Virus record (IMG/VR): IMGVR_UViG_3300020198_000002
Span: 32,001 to 96,000 of that record
DNA: 64,000 nt
Reading direction: 5' to 3' (one strand)
DNA from: a virus
Positions within the stretch are counted from its first letter, which is position 1. The number at the start of each line of letters is the position of its first letter. Under the pieces are notes generated by a model, which had not been told where the DNA came from, did no database searches, and saw only the letters and a list, made by a program, of their open reading frames with translations. This document shows, piece after piece, positions 17,744 to 27,312 of the stretch. The translations under genes were made by a program, and so were the position numbers.

Positions 17744-19546
17744 ATGGATCAATGGATTGCTGGTATAACCAGAGGTCACAATTCTGGTGTATGTTTGATT
17801 AAGAACGGCGAATTGGTATTTGCCATTGAAGAAGAAAGACTATCAAGAGCAAAGTATGATGGTGGACCTTTTGCAGCAATGATAAAGATCCTAGAATATA
17901 CCAACAGATTGGATTACCTCGTTGTAGCACATACGCAATCGTTAGTTCAAACTGCAGGCCGAGTTGATTTTAGTGGGGATGATGTCTATACTGGTTTGGC
18001 AAGAAAACTTGGATTAATAGACAGGAAATCCAAACTACAGGATCATCCACAAGTCATTGATTTAAGTAGAACTCACCACAAACTTCATGCTGCTTGTGCA
18101 TTCTATAGATCTGGATTTAAAGATGCTGTCGCATTAATTGTTGATGGTGCAGGAACATTCATCCAAATGAATATTGGTAATCAAGTAGAAACTACTTGGG
18201 AACTAGAAACCATTTTTGATTGTAAATATCCTGCAGATTTTAAAACACTCTATAAACATCAGGGTGGTAGAGGACCTTGGGGATCAGCAAGAATTGAAAA
18301 ATTCCCAAGTGATGGGGAAGGTGAGGAAGGAACTCACGAATTCGTTCTTGATGACAGTGCAGGTATCACAAAAGCATACGAAGCAGTAACGCAATACTGC
18401 GGTTGGGCTCCAATTGAGGCTGGTAAAACTATGGGACTATTCCCATACGGACAACCAAATGAAAAAATTCCAAAAATTTACTCTGATATTGGTGGAAATT
18501 CAAATTGGAAGACGGCAAACCGAGATGTAATTATTCCAACATATCCAAATGGTGCTCTAGTTAATGAAGGTAGATTTCCAGAATTGTACACACCAGAAAA
18601 CTTTGATGGGGATCTAACCCAATTAAAAAATAGAAGAGATATGGCTTATGCAATCCAAACCCAATCTCAATCAATGGTTTTGGATTTAATTAGAAAGGCC
18701 GTAAAAATTAGTGGCAAAAATAACGTTGTTATCTCAGGTGGTTATGCACTAAATTGTGTTGCAAATTACTGGTATCTAGAACAACTGAAAGACGAAGGAA
18801 TCAATCTATATGTAGAACCAGTTAGTAATGATGCGGGGACTGCAATTGGAGCTGCATATTTGCAATATTACAGAACAACAAATGATAATAAAATTAGAGA
18901 ACCACTTAAAACTTTATATTCTGGACCAATATACACGTACACAATCGAAGATATCGTAGATATTGCCGATAAGTATGGTGCTGATAGAGTATTTGAAGCA
19001 AGCAATGAAGATGTCGTTGAATTGATTTCTGATAAAAATATTGTTGCTCTCTTCCAAGGAAGATCGGAAGCTGGTCCTCGTGCTCTTGGTAATCGTTCCA
19101 TTCTTTATGATCCTCGTGATCCTGATGGAAAAGACCATGTGAATTCAATTAAACATAGGGAATATTTCCGACCATTCGCTGGATCTATTCTAAACGAACA
19201 TGTTCATGAATGGTTTGATCTTCGTGGAATGGAAGATACTCCTTTCATGATGTATGCTGTCAATTGTAAAGAAGGCATTGAGGAAAAAATTCCAGCGATC
19301 ATTCATGTTGATGGGACATGTAGAATTCAGACAGTAACAAAAGAAGAAAATAAGAACTATCATGATCTAATTGAGACATTTTACAAAAAAACTGGCTGTC
19401 CAATTATTTTCAATACGTCTTTCAACTTAGGTGGAGAACCACTAGTAGAAGATCTTGATGATGCTTGTCGCACTTTAGAAAACAGTCTAATCGAGTACTT
19501 ATATCTTCCAGAATATGGATTAATGATTGAGGTGAAAAATAAGTAA
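17744..19546 (+). CDS. carbamoyltransferase (NodU/CmcH/TobZ family)
   Basis: EEERLSRAK, HHKLHAACAFY, VDGAG, GGYALNCVAN, GPRALGNRS, REYFRPFA, HVDGTCRIQTV, NTSFN. Confidence 0.92.
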   Translation: MDQWIAGITRGHNSGVCLIKNGELVFAIEEERLSRAKYDGGPFAAMIKILEYTNRLDYLVVAHTQSLVQTAGRVDFSGDDVYTGLARKLGLIDRKSKLQDHPQVIDLSRTHHKLHAACAFYRSGFKDAVALIVDGAGTFIQMNIGNQVETTWELETIFDCKYPADFKTLYKHQGGRGPWGSARIEKFPSDGEGEEGTHEFVLDDSAGITKAYEAVTQYCGWAPIEAGKTMGLFPYGQPNEKIPKIYSDIGGNSNWKTANRDVIIPTYPNGALVNEGRFPELYTPENFDGDLTQLKNRRDMAYAIQTQSQSMVLDLIRKAVKISGKNNVVISGGYALNCVANYWYLEQLKDEGINLYVEPVSNDAGTAIGAAYLQYYRTTNDNKIREPLKTLYSGPIYTYTIEDIVDIADKYGADRVFEASNEDVVELISDKNIVALFQGRSEAGPRALGNRSILYDPRDPDGKDHVNSIKHREYFRPFAGSILNEHVHEWFDLRGMEDTPFMMYAVNCKEGIEEKIPAIIHVDGTCRIQTVTKEENKNYHDLIETFYKKTGCPIIFNTSFNLGGEPLVEDLDDACRTLENSLIEYLYLPEYGLMIEVKNK

Positions 19547-21066
19547 TGCAAAGAAAAGCCAAATCAATAACCATTGTTGGTGGTGGTAGTTCTGCGTGGT
19601 TAACTGCAGCACTTTTAAATAATAGTATTAAAAAATATAGAGAAATCTACGTTATTGATAAAGAAGTAGGCACTCCAGTTGGAGTGGGAGAAGCTACAAT
19701 CCTAAGTTTCAAAAAATTTATGGATGATTGTGGATTCTCTATCCTAGATTGGTTCAGTGAAATATCAGCAACTTTCAAAGGTGGTATTTTATTTGAGAAT
19801 TGGCTTGGAAAAGAAAATCATGTTTGGCATCCATTTGCATTTCCAGATTTCCAATATAATCAAACAACAATGTTGGAACATTGGTCAAATTGTCAAGAAT
19901 TAGATTTTAAAACACATTCTCTTGTCCACTATAATGTTTGCACAAAAGACCAAAAAATAGATCCAGATAACATAGGAATCTATGCATTTCATATTGATGC
20001 TGCACTACTAGTCAAATACATCAAATCAAGAATTGTTGGAAATGGAGTGACATTCATACAATCTGAAGTAAAAGGTATTGTCAGGGACGATAATGGTTAT
20101 GTTACAGAATTGGTTTTAAACAATGGGGAAGTTCATAAGTCAGATTTGTTTGTTGATTGTACTGGATTCAATGGACTATTAAAAGAAAAGAATGATAGAG
20201 TTGATTTAAGTGACAGACTATTCTGTGATACTGCAGTTTGCACTCAAGTTCCATATTTGAATAGAGAGATTGAACTCAAACCATACACTGGATGTGATGC
20301 AGTAGATCATGGATGGATTTGGAAAATTCCAGTAAAGAATAGAATTGGTTCTGGTTTAGTTTTTAATAGATCAGTTACTGATATTGAAGAGGCAAAAGAG
20401 TACTTTGTTAAATATTGGGACAATAGGATTACCAAAGAAGAACTAAAAGTTCTGGATTGGACACCTTTCTACAATAAAAACTTCTGGGAAAAAAATATTG
20501 TTTCCGTTGGACTTGCTGCTGGATTCATTGAACCTTTGGAAAGTACTGGTATTGGACTTGCTTGTGCAGGAGCATGGGGATTATTGAATCGAATTAAAAC
20601 AACAGAATTTGATTCACATGATATCGATTTTTATAATGCAGAACTAAAATGTTTCTTTGAAAACTGCATAGATTTTGTCAATATGCATTATTCAAAATCT
20701 AAGAAAGAAGGTAAATTCTGGGAGTGGGTACATCAAACTTATAAACCAACCGAAAAATTCTCATATCACATTGATGAGATGAAATCGAACACGATTGATA
20801 TTGTTGACGAAGGGAAAGAAATGTTTTCTTTTAACAACTGGATGTGTTGGATGATTCAATTGGGTCATGAAATTTCGCCAAAAATTAGATCAAACTCAGT
20901 TCAAAATTCTGAAGATCTGGTTAAAGATTTCTATTCTAATGAAAAAAATAAGTATGATTACTTACCTACAGCTTCGGTATACAATGACTACTTTAACGCA
21001 CTAACTACACTCACAAAAGAAGTGATAAATCCGTATAAGAACAATGAAAAGACCAAACTTTATTAA
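19546..21066 (+). CDS. tryptophan halogenase-like flavoprotein
   Basis: VGGGSSAW FAD loop, GVGEAT, ATFKGGI (catalytic Lys position), GWIWKIP (WxWxIP), FIEPLESTG. Confidence 0.88.
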   Translation: MQRKAKSITIVGGGSSAWLTAALLNNSIKKYREIYVIDKEVGTPVGVGEATILSFKKFMDDCGFSILDWFSEISATFKGGILFENWLGKENHVWHPFAFPDFQYNQTTMLEHWSNCQELDFKTHSLVHYNVCTKDQKIDPDNIGIYAFHIDAALLVKYIKSRIVGNGVTFIQSEVKGIVRDDNGYVTELVLNNGEVHKSDLFVDCTGFNGLLKEKNDRVDLSDRLFCDTAVCTQVPYLNREIELKPYTGCDAVDHGWIWKIPVKNRIGSGLVFNRSVTDIEEAKEYFVKYWDNRITKEELKVLDWTPFYNKNFWEKNIVSVGLAAGFIEPLESTGIGLACAGAWGLLNRIKTTEFDSHDIDFYNAELKCFFENCIDFVNMHYSKSKKEGKFWEWVHQTYKPTEKFSYHIDEMKSNTIDIVDEGKEMFSFNNWMCWMIQLGHEISPKIRSNSVQNSEDLVKDFYSNEKNKYDYLPTASVYNDYFNALTTLTKEVINPYKNNEKTKLY

Positions 21067-21769
21067 TGAATCCGAAGTATTTGCAATAAACCCAGGACTT
21101 GAAGCTTCTGTACATGTAATTGGACCAGAAGAAGTAAAAGTAGTCGTTATTGAAAATTTTTATTTAAATCCAGATTTGGTAAGAGAATTGGCGTTAACAA
21201 TTCCGCCAACAGAAAATTCAAAAATTTTAGCAGGATCTCCTGGAACTAGGGTTTTTGGACATTATAATTTTGTTAGTATGTTCCCCATCTTTCAACATAT
21301 TTTTAGAAACGTATATCCTGAGGTGACAAAAGAAGTAACAGACGAAGAAATGAAGTCCAGTATCTGCAATACTCCATTCTGTGTAAATATCAGTCAGTCT
21401 GACAAGATGCCTCCTGTTGTTCCCCATATTGATGATGAAGATAGAATGTTATTTGCTGGAGCTTTATACCTCAATAAACCCGATGAGTGTTCTGGTGGAA
21501 CATCTTTTTACATGTTAGATGGAAAACAACAAGTAACAAATACATATGTTGGTGATTGGTTGAAAAAAAATAATCATACAAATTTTTATACTCATTACTT
21601 AACTGACAGTGAAGATGATTGGGATCTTTTATCTGTTGCAGAAATGAAGTATAATAGATTAATAATTTATCCTGGAAACGTTCTGCATACTGCATACGTA
21701 AAACCAGAAATGTTTACAGATGACAAATATAGACTAGTCCAGATGTTTTTTATAGCACTTAAATCATAA
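21044..21769 (+). CDS. 2OG-Fe(II) oxygenase (DUF6445-like)
   Basis: IENFYLNPD, PHID, YLN...GGTSFY, KYNRLIIYPGNVLH, RLVQMFF. Confidence 0.8.
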   Translation: MKRPNFINESEVFAINPGLEASVHVIGPEEVKVVVIENFYLNPDLVRELALTIPPTENSKILAGSPGTRVFGHYNFVSMFPIFQHIFRNVYPEVTKEVTDEEMKSSICNTPFCVNISQSDKMPPVVPHIDDEDRMLFAGALYLNKPDECSGGTSFYMLDGKQQVTNTYVGDWLKKNNHTNFYTHYLTDSEDDWDLLSVAEMKYNRLIIYPGNVLHTAYVKPEMFTDDKYRLVQMFFIALKS

Positions 21770-22485
21770 TGAGTTTTACTTCTAGATTTCCATCAATTTG
21801 TATTGATGGATTTTATTCCGAACCAGATGAAATCGTCAAATGGGCTTCATCTTTAGAATATAATAAAGACCCCAAGTCTGGATGGCCTGGTTGGAGAACT
21901 CCGCCACTATCCACTATTGATTATCAATTTGATGATCAATTTAGTAAAAAATTAATGGGAGTATTTTTTGATCTAGATCGAGATTGGGTTAGTTGGGAGA
22001 TACAAACTCATTTCCAAATTATAAAACCATTTTCTGGTGATAAAAATGATCCAAGGAATTGGGGTTGGGTTCATCAGGATTCTGATGGTGTTTATGATTT
22101 GGTAAAAGGATTTGAACCAATGAAATGCGAGTACGCAGGAATTTTATATTTAACTCCAGAGGCAGATTTGGACACTGGTACATCTATTTTTAGATCAAAA
22201 GTAAAAGATCCAGACACAAAACAGCCTTTCAAAAAAGAACTATTTTCTGGAGAAGAAATTGAGTTTGAAAAATATAAAGAAGGTATGATTAATGCTAGAT
22301 CTCAATTTGAAGAGACAATACGTTACTGCAATGTATACAATAGATTAATTGCATTTGAAGCGTCAAATTACCATGCAGCAATGAACTTCAAAATGGATTC
22401 CGATAAGATTAGATTGACTCAAGTATTTTTTATAAAAAATATTAAAACACAGGTCAATCCAATTCTAAGAGGATTTTTAAGATGA
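21769..22485 (+). CDS. 2OG-Fe(II) oxygenase (DUF6445-like)
   Basis: IDGFYSEPD, WPGWRT, VHQD, YLTP...GTSIF, YNRLIAF...YH, RLTQVFF. Confidence 0.8.
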   Translation: MSFTSRFPSICIDGFYSEPDEIVKWASSLEYNKDPKSGWPGWRTPPLSTIDYQFDDQFSKKLMGVFFDLDRDWVSWEIQTHFQIIKPFSGDKNDPRNWGWVHQDSDGVYDLVKGFEPMKCEYAGILYLTPEADLDTGTSIFRSKVKDPDTKQPFKKELFSGEEIEFEKYKEGMINARSQFEETIRYCNVYNRLIAFEASNYHAAMNFKMDSDKIRLTQVFFIKNIKTQVNPILRGFLR

Positions 22486-23273
22486 AAAAAAATTTTATTA
22501 ATGAGGATGAAGTTTTTGCCTTGAATGAAGGATTGGAAGCAAAAGTTTATACTATAGGTCCAGAAAAAGCCAAAATAACCTATGTTGATAATTTTTATAA
22601 AAATCCAGATTTGGTTAGGGACCTTGCGTTAACAATTCCACCAACAAGGAATCCAATTATTATGGCTGGAGCTCCTGGATCTAGAGTCGATGCGTATTAT
22701 AATTTTTCCCCCATGTCTCCATTTTTTCATTATATTTTTAGAAATGTTTACGGAGATATAGTTAAAGATATATCTGATGAAAAAATTTATGATTCCATGA
22801 AAGGAGTCACTTTTTGCGTAAATGTAACTCAATCAGACATTCTCAATCCAATTGTCCCACATGTAGATGATACTGGAGACCTACTTTTTGCAGCAACCGT
22901 ATATCTCAATAAACCAGAAGAATGTGCGGGAGGAACTTCCTTTTATACTTTAGAAGGAGAACAGCGAAGTAGTGCAGATAAAATTGATGCATGGTTAAAA
23001 AAAGTAGGCAAGTATCCATACTATGATAATTATATTACTGACAGTGAATCTGACTGGGAAATGATTCATTTGGCTGAAATGCAGTATAATAGGTTTGTAA
23101 TCTATCCAGCAAATATTTTACACACAGGATATATAAAACCAGAAATGTTTACTGGAGACACTCATCGTTTAGTCCAGATGTTCTTTGTTTTTCTTGGCGG
23201 ACCAGGATCATTCTTACCAGTGAATCATAATGAATATAAAAAATACTTAGAGAATAAAGATGCATCTAGTTAA
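22482..23273 (+). CDS. 2OG-Fe(II) oxygenase (DUF6445-like), close paralog of 21044-21769
   Basis: Shared NPDLVR.LALTIPPT, PHVD, YLNKP.EC.GGTSFY, YNR..IYP.N.LHT.Y.KPEMFT. Confidence 0.8.
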   Translation: MKKNFINEDEVFALNEGLEAKVYTIGPEKAKITYVDNFYKNPDLVRDLALTIPPTRNPIIMAGAPGSRVDAYYNFSPMSPFFHYIFRNVYGDIVKDISDEKIYDSMKGVTFCVNVTQSDILNPIVPHVDDTGDLLFAATVYLNKPEECAGGTSFYTLEGEQRSSADKIDAWLKKVGKYPYYDNYITDSESDWEMIHLAEMQYNRFVIYPANILHTGYIKPEMFTGDTHRLVQMFFVFLGGPGSFLPVNHNEYKKYLENKDASS

Positions 23274-23847
23274 GGCTTTTGAAAATTTTATTTCTATAGA
23301 AGAAAAAAATATTTTAAACAAATGGACTCTTGCGAATTATAATCAAGATTATTTTATTGACCCAAGAATGGATTCTCGGGGATTAAAAAGAACGAAGTTA
23401 ACAACTAGGTTTGCTACTCCATTAGTTACACCATCATTATTTGTAAGTTCAAACTCAAATTTTGAGTATCCGAGTTTAGTATACAACATACAAAGAAGAA
23501 TAATATATACCTTTGGATTTAATGAATATGGTTTGTCTCCAGTTGGCAAGAATGGTATAATTACAGAAATAGGTTTTAAGGGAGGAACTGTACATCCACA
23601 TATTGATCCAGTTTGGATTGAAAATACGGATACTATTCATTGCAATATAATAACACAAAAACCAAAATCTGGTGGAATTACATATATTGAAAATGAACCG
23701 TGGGAGGTTAATGAAACTGATCTTCTGATGTATGTTGTATCTTCGGCAGAACATAAGGTAGATGAAATCATTGGGGACAAAAATAGAATATTATGGATTT
23801 TTAGTTTTATCTTATCAAAAAATGATGCGGAGAAAATTTTATCATGA
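23260..23847 (+). CDS. 2OG-Fe(II) oxygenase
   Basis: HPHID (HxD), SGG, distal EHKV...RILWIF. Confidence 0.7.
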   Translation: MHLVKAFENFISIEEKNILNKWTLANYNQDYFIDPRMDSRGLKRTKLTTRFATPLVTPSLFVSSNSNFEYPSLVYNIQRRIIYTFGFNEYGLSPVGKNGIITEIGFKGGTVHPHIDPVWIENTDTIHCNIITQKPKSGGITYIENEPWEVNETDLLMYVVSSAEHKVDEIIGDKNRILWIFSFILSKNDAEKILS

Positions 23848-24245
23848 AAACAGTTTTTGTTAATGGTACTTTCGATATCCTGCACCCAGGACATATAGAA
23901 CTTTTCAAAGTTGCTAAATCTTTGGGAGATAGGGTCATTGTCGCAACGGATAGTGACGAAAAAATTCGTAGGGATAAAGGACCAAATAAACCCATTAATG
24001 ATCTATGTCACAGAGTTTCTATGCTCCAATCAATTAGATACATAGATATGGTTCTATATTTTAATACTAAAGAAGAGTTGGAATCAATTATAAAATTATA
24101 CCAACCAGACATTCTTCTTTTGGGAAATGATTGGGAGAATGGAGTAGTAATTGGAAAAGAATTTGCAAAATCCGTAAGATTTTTTCCTAGGGTTGGAAAT
24201 TATTCTACTAGTAATATTGTTAATAAGATCAAAAATCATGAGTAA
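23844..24245 (+). CDS. ADP-heptose synthase-like nucleotidyltransferase (HldE/RfaE domain II)
   Basis: NGTFDILHPGH, DSD..IRRDKGPNKPIN, YSTSNIV. Confidence 0.85.
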   Translation: MKTVFVNGTFDILHPGHIELFKVAKSLGDRVIVATDSDEKIRRDKGPNKPINDLCHRVSMLQSIRYIDMVLYFNTKEELESIIKLYQPDILLLGNDWENGVVIGKEFAKSVRFFPRVGNYSTSNIVNKIKNHE

Positions 24246-25011
24246 TTTTTCGGTATTAGTTATTGGCGATTCATGCGAAGATGAGTATGTTTATGGATCG
24301 GTCACTAGGATCAGTCCAGAAGCTCCCGTACCCGTATTAAAGTATGAATACTTAAAAAAGTCTTTAGGAATGGCTGCAAATGTCAATGAGAACTTAAAAT
24401 CTTTTGGAATGCAAACAAATCTTGTCACACAAAAAGAAAAAATAGTAAAAAGAAGATTTATTGATAGACAAACAGGACAACAGTTGATGCGAATGGATGA
24501 AGAAAACGTATCTACATTTTGCAGTGCAGCTCAGATCCGAATTGCTTTCATTCATGGAAATTATGATGTCTTAGTGATTTCGGATTATGATAAGGGATTT
24601 TTGGGTTACAGTGAATTAGAAGATCTATGTCAAAGTTTTGATGGTCCTGTTTTTGTAGATACAAAGAAAAAAAGACTTATTAAAAAAGAAAATGTATTTT
24701 TCAAAATAAATTTAAAAGAGTATGAGAAATTAGACAAGGATTGTTTGCCGGATCCAACAAATTTAATTGTAACTCTTGGGGCAAATGGTGTAAAATGGAA
24801 TGGTATAGACTTTGCATCCGAGAAAGTACCAGTATATGATGTAGTTGGAGCGGGAGATACTTTTCTTGCGGCTTTAGTTTATCATTATATGATTACGTCA
24901 ACTATGAAAGAGTCTATTGAATTTGCAAATAAAGCTGCTGCACTTGCAGTTCAGCATCCTGGGACTTATAAACTTACTGAAAATGACATTAATTTACTGT
25001 GTGGATATTGA
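24238..25011 (+). CDS. heptose-7-phosphate kinase-like PfkB sugar kinase (HldE/RfaE domain I)
   Basis: YVYGSVTRISPEAPVPV, GMAANV, ISDYDKG, DVVGAGDTF; likely ATG at 24238. Confidence 0.88.
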   Translation: MSNFSVLVIGDSCEDEYVYGSVTRISPEAPVPVLKYEYLKKSLGMAANVNENLKSFGMQTNLVTQKEKIVKRRFIDRQTGQQLMRMDEENVSTFCSAAQIRIAFIHGNYDVLVISDYDKGFLGYSELEDLCQSFDGPVFVDTKKKRLIKKENVFFKINLKEYEKLDKDCLPDPTNLIVTLGANGVKWNGIDFASEKVPVYDVVGAGDTFLAALVYHYMITSTMKESIEFANKAAALAVQHPGTYKLTENDINLLCGY

Positions 25012-25309
25012 TGGTACAATCTGTAATAATTCCAAAGATGGAAATTATATATCAGTTATTCCAAATCCCGATAGAATTGCAAAAATAAATAACCTGTATG
25101 ATGAAGGCCACTACATCATATACTTAACAGCAAGAGGAATGTCGAGATATAAAAATTCCAGAGTGGCTGCTCATAACGAATTTTATAATTTTACCTACAA
25201 TCAATTAAGATCTTGGGGTTGTAGATTTCATGAACTTCATATGGGTAAACCTGCTGCAGATATATATGTAGATGATAAAGGGGTGAACGACAATGACTTC
25301 TTCAATTAA
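24983..25309 (+). CDS. HAD-family phosphatase (capsule-biosynthesis type; candidate GmhB equivalent)
   Basis: VDIDGTIC motif I, TARG motif II, GKP...YVDDK; likely ATG at 24983. Confidence 0.8.
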   Translation: MTLIYCVDIDGTICNNSKDGNYISVIPNPDRIAKINNLYDEGHYIIYLTARGMSRYKNSRVAAHNEFYNFTYNQLRSWGCRFHELHMGKPAADIYVDDKGVNDNDFFN

Positions 25310-25652
25310 ATTTGTTTCTAAAGGATGGGGATTCGAAAAGTGGATTGTAAACTGCGATAAGTACTGCGGAAAACTTCTTTATTTTATAAAAGGAGGACAG
25401 TGCTCTTGGCATTATCATAAAGTAAAAGACGAAACATTTTATATTCAATCTGGAAAACTTATTTTGTTTTACGGGGAAGATGATGATATTAATTCAGCAC
25501 AAAAGAAAGTTTTGAGAAAGGGCGATCATTTTCATGTTCCTGTAGGACTTAGACATAGGATGTATGCTCTAGAAGATACTGAATTATTTGAATTCTCTAC
25601 AGAGCATTTTGAGGAGGATAGTATTAGGATAATTCTTGGAGATACTGTTTAA
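25293..25652 (+). CDS. cupin-fold sugar isomerase-like protein
   Basis: KGWGFE, SWHYHKVKDETFY, HRMYA, EFSTEH. Confidence 0.8.
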   Translation: MTSSIKFVSKGWGFEKWIVNCDKYCGKLLYFIKGGQCSWHYHKVKDETFYIQSGKLILFYGEDDDINSAQKKVLRKGDHFHVPVGLRHRMYALEDTELFEFSTEHFEEDSIRIILGDTV

Positions 25653-26433
25653 CTGAAATATAATCATGATCATACCATGATGTATCTGCACATGTGTATG
25701 TCTGATATTGGCCACTCAAATGTTCTGGGAAGGGGACGAGTTCAATCTCACCCCCTTCTTTTTTTGCAACCAATTCCGCAACTTCTTTAAATGAAATTGG
25801 ATTCCCAGTCCCAATATCATAAATTCCACTATCGCAGTTATTGTTTAATACGACATCAACTATGTCACCAACATATACAAAGTCTCTGTAGAATTTTTCG
25901 GATCCTTCAAATAGTTTTAACTTTCCAGTTTCACGAATTTGTTTTGTAAATTTTGATATGGGACTAGCCTGTTCTCCTTTATGATCTTCCCCCGAGCCAT
26001 ACACATTAAAATATCTAAATCCTTGGATTGATTTAAAGTTTCTAATGTTATCAAGAACAAAATAATCAATTTGCAATTTTGATATTGCGTAATAGTTTAA
26101 TGGATTAATCAATTTTTGTTTTTTAGTTTGATTGCCATACACAGATGCAGAAGATGCATATTTTACTGGGATTTGATATTTGATCGCATAATCAAACAAC
26201 ATTAAAGTGAAAGCGACATTGTGGTGATGTATTGTTCGTATATCTTTTTCCGTAGTTGAAGATATTGCTCCTTGATGGATAATCATTGTTACCTTATCCC
26301 AATCTTGGAAACTACTTAAAAATTTCCAAGAATTTTCTCGTTCTATGCATTTTGTTGGCAATCTGATTTCTTCTTCTAAAACACGAAGAAAATTTGATCC
26401 GATAAATCCGTTATATCCAGTTAGTAAGATCAT
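25624..26433 (-). CDS. hldD: ADP-L-glycero-D-manno-heptose 6-epimerase-like SDR
   Basis: TGYNGFIGSN, HQGAISSTTE, YASSASVYG, YAISK (YxxxK), FRYFNVYG..E.HKG, RDFVYVGD, YQTYTCAD; AGGAG RBS on - strand. Confidence 0.88.
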   Translation of the reverse strand: MILLTGYNGFIGSNFLRVLEEEIRLPTKCIERENSWKFLSSFQDWDKVTMIIHQGAISSTTEKDIRTIHHHNVAFTLMLFDYAIKYQIPVKYASSASVYGNQTKKQKLINPLNYYAISKLQIDYFVLDNIRNFKSIQGFRYFNVYGSGEDHKGEQASPISKFTKQIRETGKLKLFEGSEKFYRDFVYVGDIVDVVLNNNCDSGIYDIGTGNPISFKEVAELVAKKEGGEIELVPFPEHLSGQYQTYTCADTSWYDHDYISVKQYLQELS

Positions 26434-26460
26434 AAGTATTTTGCTCCTGATAAATTATAA

Positions 26461-26468
26461 CATAAATA
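26461..26468 (+). promoter_or_regulatory. T4-type late promoter (CATAAATA)
   Basis: NATAAATA upstream of AGGAG and the gp13 start. Confidence 0.6.
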
Positions 26469-26493
26469 TCTCTAGAAATAGGAGAAAGTTGGA

Positions 26494-27312
26494 ATGGCCC
26501 GTCCTTCTAGTAGAGAAGAATTGAAGGAATATTGTCTTAGAAAGTTAGGCAAACCTGTGCTAGAAATTAACGTTGACGATGATCAAATTGAAGACGCTAT
26601 AGATGAAGCCGTCCAATTTTATCAGGAAAGACATACTGACGGTATTGATAGAGTATTTTTAAAGCACAAATTAACCAATCAAGATATTACTACAATTGTA
26701 GGTATTGCGAGTACAACTATAGGCACTAGTACTAAGGGAGGAATTCCATCTGCACAGTGGCAAGAAGGTGCAAACTATTTACCACTCCCAGACCCAGTAA
26801 TTAGCGTAACAAAAATATTTAAACTAGACTCAAGTTCTATCTCAGACGGACTATTCAATATAAAGTATCAATTATTTCTTAATGACTTATATTATTACGG
26901 TGCAATTGATTTACTAAATTATTCAATGGTAAAAACATATCTAGAAGATTTGGATTTTTTGATAAATCCAACGGCACAAGTTAGATTTAATCAAAAAAAT
27001 CGTAGACTATATTTGGATATTGATTTAAAAGATATTTCCGAGGGTAGATATTTACTTATAGATTGTTACAGAGTAATAGATCCAGAAGGAGAAAATGCTG
27101 TTTACAATGATTTTTGGTTAAAGAGATATACAACGTCTTTGATTAAGAAACAGTGGGGCCAAAATTTAATTAAATTTCAAGGAGTGAAACTTCCAGGCGG
27201 AGTCGAACTAAACGGTAGACAAATATATGATGATGCAGTTTCTGAACTAGAAGTTTTGGAAGAGAAGTTGATGACTGAATATTCTTACCCACCATTAGAT
27301 ATGATAGGATAA
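26494..27312 (+). CDS. gp13: neck protein gp13
   Basis: ELKEYCLRKLGKPVLEINVDDDQ, KKQWGQNLIKF.GV.LPGGV.LNG. Confidence 0.92.
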   Translation: MARPSSREELKEYCLRKLGKPVLEINVDDDQIEDAIDEAVQFYQERHTDGIDRVFLKHKLTNQDITTIVGIASTTIGTSTKGGIPSAQWQEGANYLPLPDPVISVTKIFKLDSSSISDGLFNIKYQLFLNDLYYYGAIDLLNYSMVKTYLEDLDFLINPTAQVRFNQKNRRLYLDIDLKDISEGRYLLIDCYRVIDPEGENAVYNDFWLKRYTTSLIKKQWGQNLIKFQGVKLPGGVELNGRQIYDDAVSELEVLEEKLMTEYSYPPLDMIG

